Shown here: piece by piece, positions 51,129-63,904 of the stretch | Layout of the letters: each line of letters begins with the position of its first letter | How positions within the stretch are numbered: position 1 is the stretch's first letter | Assembly (NCBI RefSeq): GCF_963921235.1 | Contig: NC_086107.1 | Location: forward strand, 107,324,001 to 107,388,000 | DNA: 64,000 bases | Source of the DNA: Mobula hypostoma | Taxonomy: Eukaryota | Reading direction: 5' to 3' | Position numbers and translations under genes: made by a program | Notes under the pieces: generated by a model | Told to the model about the DNA's origin: nothing | The model's input: only the letters and a program-made list of their open reading frames with translations | The model's database searches: none

Positions 51129-51164
51129 AGTCCTGACGAAGGGTTCCGGCCCGAAACGTCAACT
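51129..51164 (+). ncRNA. Minimal type I hammerhead ribozyme motif with a stem I mismatch next to the cleavage site
   Basis: AGTC CTGACGA A GGGTTCCGGCCC GAAACGTC AACT. Confidence 0.65.
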
Positions 51165-51745
51165 CATCATTTCTAACTGATGCTGCCCGACCTGCTGAGT
51201 TCATCCAGTGTACTGAAAGTGTTGCCTTTAGATGTTTCAGCTTCCCAATCACCTTCCCTCTAGTAATAGCAATTGCATTCACTTATGCCCGCAGACATTC
51301 TTGATCTTCCAGCATCTTGCTAATGTCTTCCACAGTGAAGGCAGATGCAAACTACTTATCTAGTTTACCCGCATTTCCTTGCCCCTCCCCCACTACTACC
51401 ACTCCAGCATCATTTTCCAGCAATGCGATATCTACTCTCACCTTTGATATTATAATAACATACTTTGATATTATTGGCTAGCTTACCTTCATATTTCATC
51501 TTTTCCCTCCTTATAAGACCATAAGATGTAGGAGCAGAATTAGGCCACTTGGCCGATTGAGCCAGCTCCGCCATTTCAAAGAACATAGAACATAGAATAG
51601 TACAGCACAGTACGGGCCCTTCGGCCCACAATGTTGTGCTGACCCTCAAACCCTGCCTCCCATATAAGCCGCCACCTTAGATTCCTCCATATACCTGTCT
51701 AGTAGTCTCTTAAACTTCACTAGTGTATCTGCCTCCACCACCGAC

Positions 51746-54538
51746 TCAGGCAGTGCATTCCACGCACCAACCACTCTCTGAGTAAAAAAACCTTCCTCTA
51801 ATATCCCCCTTGAACTTCCCATCCCTTACCTTAAAGCCATGTCCTCTTGTATTGAGCAGTGGTGCCCTGGGGAAGAGGTGCTGGCTATCCACTCTATCTA
51901 TTCCTCTTATTATCTTGTACACCTCTATCATGTCTCCTCTCATCCTCCTTCTCTCCAAAGAGTAAAGCCCTAGCTCCCTTAATCTCTGATCATAATGCAT
52001 ACTCTCTAAACCAGGCAGCATCCTGGTAAATCTCCTCTGTACCCTTTCCAATGCTTCCACATCCTTCCTATAGTGAGGTGACCAGAACTGGACACAATAC
52101 TCCAAGTGTGGCCTAACCAGAGTTTTATAGAGCTGCATCATTACATCGCGACTCTTAAACTCTATCCCTCGACTTATGAAAGCTAACACCCCATAAGCTT
52201 TCTTAACTACCCTATCCACCTGTGAGGCAACTTTCAGGGATCTGCGGACATGTACCCCGAGATCCCTCTGCTCCTCCACACTACCAAGTATCCTGCCATT
52301 TACTTTCTACTCTGCCTTGGAGTTTGTCCTTCCAAAGTGTACCACCTCACACTTCTTCGGGTTGAACTCCATCTGCCACTTCTCAGCCCACTTCTGCATT
52401 CTATCAATGTCTCTCTGCAATCTTTGACAATCCTCTACACTATCTACAACACCACCAACCTTTGTGTCATCTGCAAACTTGCCAACCCACCCTTCTACCC
52501 CCACATCCAGGTCGTTAATAAAAATCACGAAAAGTAGAGGTCCCAGAACAGATCCTTGTGGGACACCACTAGTCATAATCCTCCAATCTGAATGTACTCC
52601 CTCCACCACCACCCTCTGCCTTCTGCAGGCAAGCCAATTCTGAATTCACCTGGCCAAACTTCCCTGGATCCCATGCCTTCTAACTTTCTGAATAAGCCTA
52701 CCATGTGGAACCTTGTCAAATGCCTTACTAAAATCTATATAGATCACATCCACTGCACTACCCTCATCTATATGCCTGGTCACCTCCTCAAAGAACTCTA
52801 TCAGGCTTGTCAGACACGATCTGCCCTTCACAAAGCCATGCTGACTGTCCCTGATCAGACCATGATTCTCTAAATGCCTATAGATCCTATCTCTAAGAAC
52901 CTTTTCCAACAGCTTTCCCACCACAGACGTAAGGCTCACTGGTCTATAATTACCCGGACTATCCCTACTACCTTTTTTGAACAAGGGAACAACATTCACC
53001 TCCTTCCAATCCTCCGGTACCATTCCCGTGGACAGCGAGGACATAAAGATCCTAGCCAGAGGCTCAGCAATCTCTTCTCTCGCCTTGTGGAGCAGCCGGG
53101 GGAATATTCCGTCAGGCCCCGGGGACTTATCTGTCCTAATGTATTTTAACAACTCCAACACCTCCTCTCCTTTAATATCAGCATGCTCCAGAACATCAAC
53201 CTCACTCATATTGTCCTCACCATCATCAAGTTCCCTCTCATTGGTGAATACCGAAGAGAAGTATTCATTGAGGACCTCGCTCACTTCCACAGCCTCCAGG
53301 CACATCTTCCCACCTTTATCTCTAATCGGTCCTACCCTCATTCCTGTCATCCTTTTTTTCTTCACATAATTGAAGAATGCCTTGGGGTTTTCCTTTACCC
53401 TACTCGCCAAGGCCTTCTCATGCCCCCTTCTTGCTCTTCTCAGTCCCTTCTTAAGCTCCTTTCTTGCTTCCCTATATTCCTCAATAGACCCATGTGATCC
53501 TTGCTTCCTAAACCTCATGTATGCTGCCTTCTTCCTCCTGACTAGATTTTCCAACTCACTTGTCACCCATGGTTCCTTCACCCTACCATTCTTTATCTTC
53601 CTCACCGGGACAAATTTATCCCTTACATCCCGCAAGAGATCTCTGAACATCGACCACATGTCCATAGTACATTTCCCTGCAAAAACTTCATCCCAATTCA
53701 CACCCGCAAGTTCTAGCCTTATAACCTCATAATTTGCCTTTCCCCAATTAAAAATGTTCCTGTCCTCTTTGATTCTATCCTTTTCCATGATAATTATAAA
53801 GGCCAGGGAGCGGTGGTCACTGTCCCCCAGATGCTCACCCACTGAGAGATCTGTGACGTGACCCGGTTCATTACCTAGTACTAGATCTAGTATGGCATTC
53901 CCCCTGGTCGGCCTGTCCACATACTGTGACAGGAATCCATCCTGGACACACTTAACAAATTCTGCCCCATCTAAACCCTTGGAACTAATCAGGTGCCAAT
54001 CAAGATTAGGGAAGTTAAGGTCACCCATGATAACAACCCTGTTATTTTTGCACCTTTCCAAAATCTGCCTCCCAATCTGTTCCTCTGTATCTCTGCTGCT
54101 ACCAGGGGGCCTATAGAATACCCCCAGCAGAGTAACTGCTCCCTTCCTGTTCCTGACTTCCACCCATATTGACTCAAAAGAGGATCCTGCTACATTACCC
54201 ACCCTTTCTGTAGCTGTAATAGTATCCCTGATCAGTAATGCCACCCCTCCTCCCCTTTTTCCTCCCTCTCTATCCCTTTTAAAGCACTGAAATGCAGGAA
54301 TATTGAGAATCCATTCCTGCCCTGGTGCCAGCCAAGTCTCTGTAATGGCCACTACATCATAATTCCATGTATGTATCCAAGCTCTCAGTTCATCACCTTT
54401 GTTCCTGATGCTTCTTGCATTGAGGTACACACATTTCAGCCCTTCTACCTTACTGTCTTTACACTGTTTATTCTGCTTCTCTTTCCTCAAAGCCTCTCTG
54501 TATGTTAGATCTGGCTTTACTCCATGCACTTCTTTCAC
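51746..54538 (-). pseudogene. CR1 ORF2 (AP endonuclease + reverse transcriptase), frameshifted near ~52640 and ~52300
   Basis: YLNARSIRNK, ITETWL, GDLN, LDLV and SDH (APE); KSPGPDG, NYRPVSL, QHGF, DFSKAFD, GVPQGSVLGP and KFADD (RT); spread over ORFs 52646-54538, 52307-52612 and 51746-52279. Confidence 0.93.
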
Positions 54539-54573
54539 TGCTCTATCGCTCTGGGTCCCATCCCCCTCGTAAA

Positions 54574-55155
54574 TTAGTTTAAACCCTCCCGAACCATGCT
54601 AGCAAACCTACCTGCAAGGATATTGCTCCCTCTCGAGTTCAGGTGCAACTCATCCAATCTGTACAGGTCCCACCTTCCCCAGAAGAGATCCCAATGATCT
54701 AAAAATCTAAAACCCTGCTCCCTGTACCAACTCCTCAGCCACGCATTCAACCGCCATCTCCTCCAATTCTTACCATCTCTGTCATGTAGCACTGGCAGCA
54801 ATCCTGAGAACATCACCCTTGAGGTCCTGTTCTTCAGCCTTCTGCCTAATTCCCGAAACTCACACTTCAGGACCTCATCCCTCTTCCTGCCTATGTCGTT
54901 GGTCCCAACATGTATCACGACTTCTGGTTGCTTTCCCTCTCGTACCAGGATATCGTGCACCCGGTCAGAGACATCCCGGACCCTGGCACCCGGGAGGCAA
55001 CAAACCATGCGCGTATCCTTCTCACATCCACAAAATCTCCTGTCTGCTCTCCTGACTATAGAGTCTCCAATGATGACAGCTCTCCTCTTCTCTGTCCCAC
55101 CCTTCTGCACCTCAGGGTCAGACTCAGTGCCAGAGGCCCTGCCACCGTGACTCAC
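54574..55155 (-). CDS. CR1 ORF1 SGNH/GDSL esterase domain (partial)
   Basis: IIGDSIVR, CLPGA, IHVGTND and DELHLN blocks. Confidence 0.9.
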   Translation of the reverse strand: MSHGGRASGTESDPEVQKGGTEKRRAVIIGDSIVRRADRRFCGCEKDTRMVCCLPGARVRDVSDRVHDILVREGKQPEVVIHVGTNDIGRKRDEVLKCEFRELGRRLKNRTSRVMFSGLLPVLHDRDGKNWRRWRLNAWLRSWYREQGFRFLDHWDLFWGRWDLYRLDELHLNSRGSNILAGRFASMVREGLN

Positions 55156-55324
55156 ACCTGGTCGGTCGTCCCGCCAACAGTATCCAGGATGGTAAACTTA
55201 TTATTCAGGGGAATAATTCAGGCTGATCCATTTTTCCTCTCAGCCCCAATCTCCTGCCTTCTCCCCATATCCCTTCATGCCCTGACGAACTATGGCTTTT
55301 TGGTTAAATACCTTCAGTTAGTTT

Positions 55325-55890
55325 TAAAGCTAACTAATTTTTATAGATGCACCGTAGAAAGCATTCTTCTAGGGTGCATCACAACCTGGTATGGAAGTTG
55401 TCCTGTCCAAGACCGGAAGAAGCTGCAGAAGATCGTGAACACGGCGCAGCACATTACACAAACCAATCTTCCGTCCTTGGACTCACTTTACACCGCACGC
55501 TGTGGAGCAGTGCTGCCAGGATAATCAAGGACACGACCCACCCAGCCAACACACTTTTCGTCCCTCTTCCCTCCGGAAGAAGGCTCAGGAGCATGAAGAC
55601 TCGCACGGCCATATTTGGGAACAGCTTCTTTCCAACTGTGATAAGACTGCTGAATGGATCCTGACCCGGATCTGGGCCGTACCCTCCAAATATCCGGACC
55701 TGCCTCTCAGTATTTTTTGCACCACCTTACTTTCCATTTTTCTATTTTCTATTTATGATTTATAATTTAAATTTTTGATATTTACTATTGATTTGTAATC
55801 CAGGGAGTGGGAAGCGCAGAATCAAATATCGCTGTGATGATTGTACGTTCTAGTATCAATTGTTTGGCGACAATAAAGTATAAAGTATAA
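55325..55890 (+). mobile_element. Rex1/Babar-type LINE 3' fragment
   Basis: NFYRCTVESIL...LQKIV and IIKDTTHP...LPSGRRLR; AATAAAGTATAAAGTATAA tail. Confidence 0.85.
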
Positions 55891-57325
55891 AAGCTTCTCA
55901 ATCCTTCATCTTCCAACTAAGTTTTGCTCTATTATATGCTCTCTCTTTTATGCTGTCTTTGACTTCCCTTGTCAGCCACGGTTGCATCAGCCTGCCTTTA
56001 GCTTCCTTCTTCTTCTTTGGCATGTATCTTTCCTGCACCTTCCAAATTTCTCCCAGAAACTCCAGCCATTGTCCTTCTGTCTTCATCCCTGCTAGTGTCC
56101 CCTTCTGATCAATTCTGGCCAGCTCCTCTCTCAAGCCTCCATAATTCCCTTCACTCCACAGTGCAATTTGAGAGGGAGAAGTCGAACATATTATGATCAC
56201 TGCCTCCTAAGGGCTCCTTTACTTTAAATTCTGTAATCAAATCTGGCTCGTTACATAGCATCCTATACAGAATAGCCTTTCCTCTAGTGGACTCAACAAC
56301 TTGCTGCTCTAAATACCCATCTTATAAGAATTCTAAAATTTCTCTCTCTTGAGATCCACATCCAAACTGATTTTCCAAATGTACCTGCATATTGAAATCT
56401 CCATAACTATTCTAACATTGCCCTTTTGATATACATTTTCTATCTCCTGTTGTAATTTGCAGCCCAAATCCTGGAGGCCTGTATGTAACTCCCATCTGGG
56501 CCTTTTACACTTGCAGTTTCTCAACTCTACCCACAAGGATTCTACATCTTCTGATCCCATGTGAAACAGGGACACCTCTTTTTCCTTTATTAGGGAGAAA
56601 GAGAGTCTGTGGTATGTCGAATTAACAGGTGAATTAGTAGTCTTTGGGGTACTGCAAGTCTGTGTTTTTATTGATGCTTTGCTGCACGCTTGAGTGCCGG
56701 TGGGGGGGGGGGGGTGGTACCGAGGCTTTTTCATTGGTGGGGAAGGGGGTCGTTGCTTTGCTGCTGCTTACGTGTGGGAGTGGGGAGCTGGGGTGGGGGG
56801 ACTTTGGGGTTCTAACATTTAACTGTCAGTCATTCTTTGGGGCACTCCTCTGTTTTCGTGGATATTTGCGAAGAAAAAGAATTTTAGGATGTATATTGTA
56901 TACATTTCTCTGGCATTAAATGTAAATGTACCTATGTCACCTCTTTCTTTTTTTAAATTTGATCTCATTTTTTACCAACAGAGCCACCCCACCCTCTCTG
57001 CCCATCCTTTCGATACAATGTGTATCCTTGGATGTTAAGCTCCCAACTGTGATCTTCTTTCATCCACAACATCATACCTAACCACCTCTAACTGTGCTAC
57101 AAGATCATCTACCTTTCCCCGTACACTGCGTACATTCAAATATAACACCTTCAGTCCTATATTTGTCACCTTTTCGATGTTGTCCCCCTGTTACACTGCA
57201 AGTCATCCCACCGACTGCAATTGCGCCCTGTCATCTGCCTGTCCTTCCCAGCACACTGCATCTAGTTGTACATCAACTGTCCCATCCTCAGCCTTGTCAC
57301 TCTGGTTCCCGTCCCCCTGCCACAG
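55891..57325 (-). mobile_element. Old CR1 ORF2 (endonuclease region) fragment, interrupted by a SINE-like insert at ~56560-56935
   Basis: ESLWVELRN and QPWLTREVKDSIK remnants; probably continues at 51234-51510 and 50030-50108. Confidence 0.7.
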
Positions 57326-57850
57326 AATTTTCCACAGATGCTGCCTGACCCGCTGAGTTCCTCCAGCACTTTGTGTGTGTGTTGCTCCGGAACTCAAGCA
57401 TCTGCAGAATCTCTTGTGTTTGGGCCCTGACTGGTGATTGGTGGTGCTGGAATGGCGTAACACTCACCCCTATGCTACTGTGCGAATCAAGCCTCCGACC
57501 ACATAGCAGGAGCCCAGTCTGAATATCACAGCTGAGTGCCTGCCCTTCTCAGAAGCAATGCATGATAACAGGATGCTGCGCGCATGCTGGCTCCCTTAAT
57601 ATAATAAATTTCCCAGGGTCCTTCACAGATGCATTCCAGGCCAATAGTGACACTGAGCCAAGCAAGGTAGCAGAAAAGCTGGCTAAAAGACTTTGTTAAA
57701 GGGGGAAGATTTAAAGGGTTTCTTAAGAAAAGAAAGTGGAGAGATTCAAGTTCAAGTTTATTGCCATTGAACTGTACATTGATACAACCAAATGAAACAA
57801 TGTTCATCCAGACCATGGTGCACCCACAAAACATATATCACACACAGCAC

Positions 57851-58759
57851 CACGCTTCCCTCTCAGCTGCATGGGTAGCTGAAATGCTCCCGCGCACATA
57901 GCCTTTGTTGCCATGCAGAGGGAATCTTTTATATGTTGTTAATATAATTTTGAAATTATGTTGATATAATTTTGAAATCTATGTTGATATAATTTTGAAC
58001 TACCCTGTAATTAATTATATGTTAATGAATATAATCCATAAATTTTCTAAATTATAGACGCATCACAACCTTTACATTTTAGAGATTCAATGTATGTACA
58101 TTATCAGTTTTTCAAGTTAAGATACCGTTACAAATTGTAACATTAAACACAGAATGGGAGTCAGAAGCTCATTGTTAGTAAACAGCCTGCTTGCTGAACA
58201 GCGATGCCGTCTAGTCACGAACGTCTGCCAAAACAAATCTTCTATTCCCAGCTTAAAGAAGGCAAACGTAAAAGAGGCGGACAACAGAAGAGATTCAAAG
58301 ACGTCTTAAAAGCCAACATGAAGAAATGTAACATCGACATCAGCAATTGGGAAATCAATGCCAAGGACAGGAAACTCTGGCAAACCATCATCCGAGAAGG
58401 AACAGCAACTTTCGAAGCCAATAGATGTGCAGAATTAGAAGAAAAGAGAAGAAAATGGAAAGAGAGGCAGCAACAACCAAAGCCCGATCTGCCATCTGGA
58501 ACTACCTGTCCTGAATGCAGAAGAACTTTCAAAGCCAAGACTGGACCCATAAGCCACTTGAAAGCCCATAAGTAGATCAACAGAACGAAGACCATCATCC
58601 TCGACCTCGAGGGATAGCCACGACGACGACGGAGTCATAGTGTGCATATTTCAAAAAAAAAACATTTAAAGCGTCACACAATTTTCAGACCGTGTAAAAA
58701 TTTCCTGCTCAGCGCAATGGTTGGTCCATGCAGCTTTAAAAAAATTAGAGGGAATGCTG
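57851..58759. mobile_element. hAT-type MITE with perfect 8-bp TSD
   Basis: Imperfect TIRs CACGCTTCCCTCT / AGAGGGAATGCTG; TSD CACAGCAC at 57843-57850 and 58760-58767. Confidence 0.85.
58204..58631 (+). mobile_element. RTE-clade LINE 3' fragment nested in the hAT MITE
   Basis: RLPKQIFYSQL.EGKR.RGG..KRFKD, AKDRKLW and a terminal CPEC...HLKAH zinc finger; (ACG)n tail. Confidence 0.9.
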
Positions 58760-59021
58760 CACAGCACATTAAACAAAATATTACAACAGATAAGTTAATA
58801 AAATATAATTCAAAGTGCCTGTCGTGCACAGCACAGATAAACAGTAACCAGTACAGTAAATAGCAAACAGGTCACTGTCCTAGTGACAAGACCTTGTTGG
58901 TGGCAGGGTATTCATTAGTCTCAGGGAGGAAGCTGTTACTCAGTCTGGTGGTCCTAGTTCTGATGCTCCTGTACCTCTTTCTTGATGGAAGTGGGTCAAA
59001 AAGATTGTTAGACATCCTAAA

Positions 59022-59615
59022 TGTAATACCCTGGGAAAGGTTTCACTGCTAATGCAATGGCCTTTCTGTAGAAGCACTGCTAATGTAATGTTTATTTCTG
59101 TAGCAGCAGTATGGCTAGAGATAACAGAGGCTTTGGCATGTGTGCTGACCAATGAAGGGAGTGTTTTTGTCTTGTTGTGTGCCTGAGACCAAGGCGATCT
59201 GGGTCTTCCGTTCGGCGGAAGATGGAGAGAGAAGATGCCAGAACGGAGAGGTCGTAGACACCAGAAAGGAGTGGACTTGGAGTGGGGACGGGAGTCGACA
59301 AAGCCCGGGGAAATCGATGGAGGACCAGCGGAAGGTAAACTGTGAGCTCCAACCTGTGCACATTAGACTGTTCCATTAAAAATGGGCCCTTTTCTTTTTG
59401 TTTTACTTTACTAACCCTTTAGTCAAATTTAGAATTATAAAGCTAAATCATTTAATTGCATATGGTGCATTGTCTGTTATTTTGTAATACTGATTTGTAA
59501 CACATCACGCAGCATCCACCCAAACAGGAGGCTTTGCACCTCAATCTCACATGTTCGGTGGGGCCAGAGATTGTCTTACCTAGACTTACACAGCCAATAA
59601 AACCAGAGGGTTACA
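59022..59615 (+). mobile_element. Solo LTR (probably Gypsy-type)
   Basis: TGTAATACCCTGG ... CCAGAGGGTTACA inverted termini; second partial copy at 24075-24480; no clean TSD. Confidence 0.7.
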
Positions 59616-61242
59616 TTAATAGTACTTTGGACCTTTTCTATACAATGCTCCTGGTAAATGTGGGGGTGGGGGGCGGGGGAGGAAGACCCTGGTGATCCTC
59701 TTGGCAGTTTTAACTATTCTCAGTAGGGTTTTACGGTCCAATGCCTTGCATCTCCCATGTCACAATAATGCAGCCAGACAGCACACTCTCGATGGTGCTG
59801 CTGTAGAAACTTGTTAGAATAGGGGCGCGGTGCCTTGCACACCTCAATCGACTCAGAAAGTGCAGAGGCTGCTGTGCCTCTTTGACTGACGAGGGTGTGT
59901 TGTGGGTCCAGGTTAGATCTTCTGTAATCTGCGCACCAAGGAACTTTGCGCTCTTCGCTCTCTCTCCATGGTAGAGAGATTGATGTGCAGTGGAGACTGT
60001 CCAATCTGAGCCTTCTGGAAGTCCACAATCATCTCCATTGTTGCAGGTGGGGAATTCCAGAGCTAAGGGCCAGGACCAGTCACGGTGGCAAGATCCCCAT
60101 CAGAGTTCTCATTCATGGTCATCGGCGAGTCCTGGGGTTGATACCAAAGACTGAAGCCCTAAGGTTGATCGGAAGTCCGGACATCGACGGCCGACTGCGG
60201 GAGCCACGAGTCCACGAGTCCACTGGGAAAATTGAAGCCCAGTATCTGTGAATCCACTGCAGGCTGGAGGACTGGGGTCGGAGGACTGCATAAACACACG
60301 AGTGGCTAGGAGGGAGGAAGGAACCGGGCCTGTTTTGAACCCTTGTTGTTTTGTTGCTTGTTGTGTTCTGTGTTGTTCTGCCGAGCACTGTGAGCATGCT
60401 ATGCTGTCGCCGGGAAGTGTGGTGACACTTGTGGGCTGCTCCCAGCACTTCCTTAGGTTGTGTTGGTTGAACTGGGAACTGCGCATTTCACCGTATGTTT
60501 CAATGGACATATCACAATTAAAATGAATCGGAATCTCAAAGTTCAAAGTACATTTATTATCAATTATACGACCTTGAAATTTTGTCCCCTTACAGGCAGC
60601 CGGAAAAACAAGAAACCCAAAAGAACTCTCTTCAATCTGAAGATGAGCAGGAAATGGAAGGGTGCAAAGCTCTCGAAGGATTGGAGGAGGTTGCAGAGGA
60701 AGAAGCAGGTTGTGGTGGTGCAAGACCTTGAATGGATTGGAAATCCAGGATGAACATCGCCCAGGCTGGCGGAAGTGAACTAAGGTCACATGGCAGTAGA
60801 ATTACAGACAAGCTCGAGGTTACTGAGGATTGAGAAAAGAAGAGTCGATGGAAAAGTCCTGGCTGCCGGAAACGACACCGTGGGAGATGAGCTGGGGCTG
60901 GGGTGTGGTGCGGCAAAATCATGGAGATGAAAAAGAGTGAAGTAGAAATGTGGCCTAGAGCTCATCTCAGGGCCAAATCTGACTCCAGGTTGTCAAGTGT
61001 TTAGTTCAATTTTAGATAGTTGCTAGGGAGTGGGAAGGAATAGATGGCAACAAACTGCAATAACAATACCATCTGACGTGTTGCTACCGGATTTGGGAGA
61101 TTCTCCCCAGCTTTTAAGCCCTCTATTGCCAACTTACTCCCACCCACCATGGCTAGCTGTATAATATCAATGCACCTCAGGACTCTATTCTTTCTCCTGT
61201 CCCTTACCCTTTGGTTCCTTCATTATTGCTGGGGATTGTAGC

Positions 61243-61765
61243 AGGGATAGGCTCCAACTACCTATTAAATGATCCCAATGGCATGTGTCTCAGATAGACT
61301 CTGACAACCAAGTCCAGCTCCTGGCCTTCACATCTGGCTTAGCTACTAAGCCCAGCAGAACCATTTCTACTGAGAAGGGGCAAAGGCTGGCTATTGGCGC
61401 CTCAAAACCAGTCACTTCGGGCAGATGGGACCCGTCAGCTCATCGAGGAGGAGGAAAACTCTGCTCTCAAACCTCCGCTGCCTTGCCGTTACACCCACTC
61501 ATGGGGAAGGCTTCGGGAATAAACCCCGAGGGAAAAATCCGGAGCTGGAGTCCCTAAGTCAGTCCTACACTGAGTTCGACGCTGATTGGCAACTGCTGCG
61601 ACGCTGCTGGTGCCAAACTGTATCGGTTTCTGCTGTTCCTTTAGGAGAGGGGAAGCCTGTTACATGGGCAACAGCTTGCTCTCCATATCGTACTGCCCAG
61701 TCTTGAGTATCTAGATAGCTAGGACGCAACATCCATGGTTGACCCTGACCGACGGAGGCTCCATC
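61243..61765 (+). mobile_element. RTE-related non-autonomous element
   Basis: Colinear with 17168-17712. Confidence 0.65.
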
Positions 61766-63529
61766 AACCTGGTGCCATCTCTTTCTTACCATAAAATATA
61801 GGAGCAGAATTAGTCAATTTGGCCCGTCAGATCTTCTCTCCCATTTCATCATGGCTGATCCATTTTCCTTCTCAGCCCCAGTCTCCAGACTTCTCCCCAT
61901 TTTGATGTGCTTTGCCTTCTCTTTAGCTCTGTGCTTTATATCAGCACGCTAAGAGCATGTGCCCTTGTTTACATGATGTAATCCAGAAACAGAAGGCGTA
62001 AAACATTGGAGCAGAATTGAGGCCGTTTGGCCCATCGAAGTTGCTCTCCCATACATAATAATAACTAATGGGAACAGACGTCAGCGTAGTGGTTAACGGG
62101 ATGCTATTACAGCGCCAGCGACCCGGGTTCAATTCTGATACTGTCTGTCACCATGACACCACAGAGTTCCTCTGGCTTCTCTGGTTTCCTCCCACAGTCC
62201 AAAGGCGTATGAGTTCATAGGTTAATTGGTCACATGGGTATAAGTAGAAGGGACTGGCTCAAGAACTAAAAACTTTTTTTATCATTGAGTGCATTGCAAT
62301 ACTTCCACCCTTAAACTCAGCAGTGTCAGATACTGCAGGATTTTGCCCTTTACGTAACTTTCCTGGTAGCTTGCTTATGTGATCTGCGCTCAATACTTCT
62401 CCAGTCAATGCACAAGGGAAATTTAAGACCAATGTGTTAAGGTGAAGTGAGACTGAAGAAAGGAGATAACTGGACTGGAGCCATTTTGAAGCCACACCAT
62501 CTGTTCAAATGTTATACTTCTATATAAATTTTCATGTTCGTACACATATTGAAAACTGCCTGTGCTAATCTGTGTCACTGTAATTATATTAAGAGTAGGA
62601 GAGATGCAATGCCTCCACTGGCAATAAGGTGTAGTTACAGAGTGAACAATATATGTTTGATATTTTCATGTTATATTTCCTTACGACAGAAAAGAGGCCA
62701 TTCAGCCCATCGAGTCTACGACAGCTCTCAGCAAAATTCGCTCAGTCTTATTTATTTCCTTGCAATCTATTCCTTTTCACATGCTGATCAAATCCTCTGA
62801 TTTTCCTGCCACTAACCCACACTAGAGATAATTTAAACAAACAAATCAACCTCACAAACAACAGGTCTTTGGATAATGTCTCTGGAGCAACATTCATTTC
62901 AAGAAGACTAGAATATAAATGTGAGGATATAATGCTGAAGTTTTACCAGGCACTGGTCAGACTACAACTGGAGTATTGTGAGCAGTTCTGGACCACTTAT
63001 AAGACCATAAAATATAGGAGCAGAATCAGGCCCTTTGACCCATCATCTGCTCTGCCATTTCATCACGGCTGATCCATTTTCCCTCTCAGCCCCCATCTCC
63101 TGCCTTCTCCGTGCCCTGACCAATCAAAAATCTATCAACCTCTGCTTCAAATATACATAAAGACTCGGCCTCCACAGCTGCCCGCAAAGAATTCCACAGA
63201 TTCACCACCCTCTGGCTAAAGAAATTCCTCTTCATCTCCGTTCTAAAAGGACACCCTTCTATTCTGAGGCTGTGTCCTCTGGTCTCACCACAGGAAACAT
63301 CCTTTCCATATCCACCCCATCAATTCCGTTCATGATTTGATAGGTTTCAATGAGGTCACCCCTCATTCCTCTGAATTTCAGTGAATACAGACCCAGAGCC
63401 ATCAAACGCTCCTCATATGACAAGCCATTCAATCCTGGAATCATTTTCATGAACCTCCTTTGAACCCTCTCCAGTTTCAGCATATCCTTTCCAAGATAAG
63501 GGGCCCAAAACTGCTCACAATACTCCAAA

Positions 63530-63865
63530 CAGACATCCCACCCTGCAAAAACTCATTTCAGGGAGGTAGCTCCATCAATTCGCGGGAGACTCCCGGAACT
63601 TCCGGGAGAGGTGGGATGTCTGCAATAGAGTAGCTCCTTAGCAGCCAGCCAGCTAGTTTAAATAACGTTAGCTATGCTAATGAACGAATGACACCTGTTA
63701 AACTCACCTCAACATGTCTTTTACAGTCTTAACCCACCATGGGCAATAGAAGAGTCACTGTTGCAAAATTATTTTTGAATCCTATTAGGCAGGGGTACAC
63801 TTTAGTGTAGTCTGGGGTGACGTACGTTTTATATTTTCTTTTTATTTGGAACACTCTGCCATGGT

Positions 63866-63904
<39 letters not shown>

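Larger units (their letters stand above)
50109..51224. mobile_element. Penelope-like element with inverted pseudo-LTRs and GIY-YIG endonuclease remnant
   Basis: ORF 50582-50908 (GVIYCIRCSRCGLLYIGET...EH...EQHLI...GMN) is a Penelope GIY-YIG domain; arms ~50144-50572 and ~50783-51224 are inverted; TSD CCTTTAGAT at 50100-50108 and 51225-51233. Confidence 0.93.
51579..55214 (-). mobile_element. Near full-length CR1 LINE, 5'-truncated in ORF1
   Basis: ORF1 remnant followed by APE-RT ORF2 split by frameshifts; (TTCTATG)n 3' tail at ~51580-51597. Confidence 0.95.

Noticed and set aside
60460..61020. Acidic/basic ORFs as host exons
   Set aside because: No recognisable domain; the distal part resembles a degraded L2-type LINE on the minus strand.
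62405..62441. Possible 37-nt + strand exon (xNAQGKFKTNVL)
   Set aside because: Weak donor (GTGAAG) and unrecognised peptide; insufficient support.
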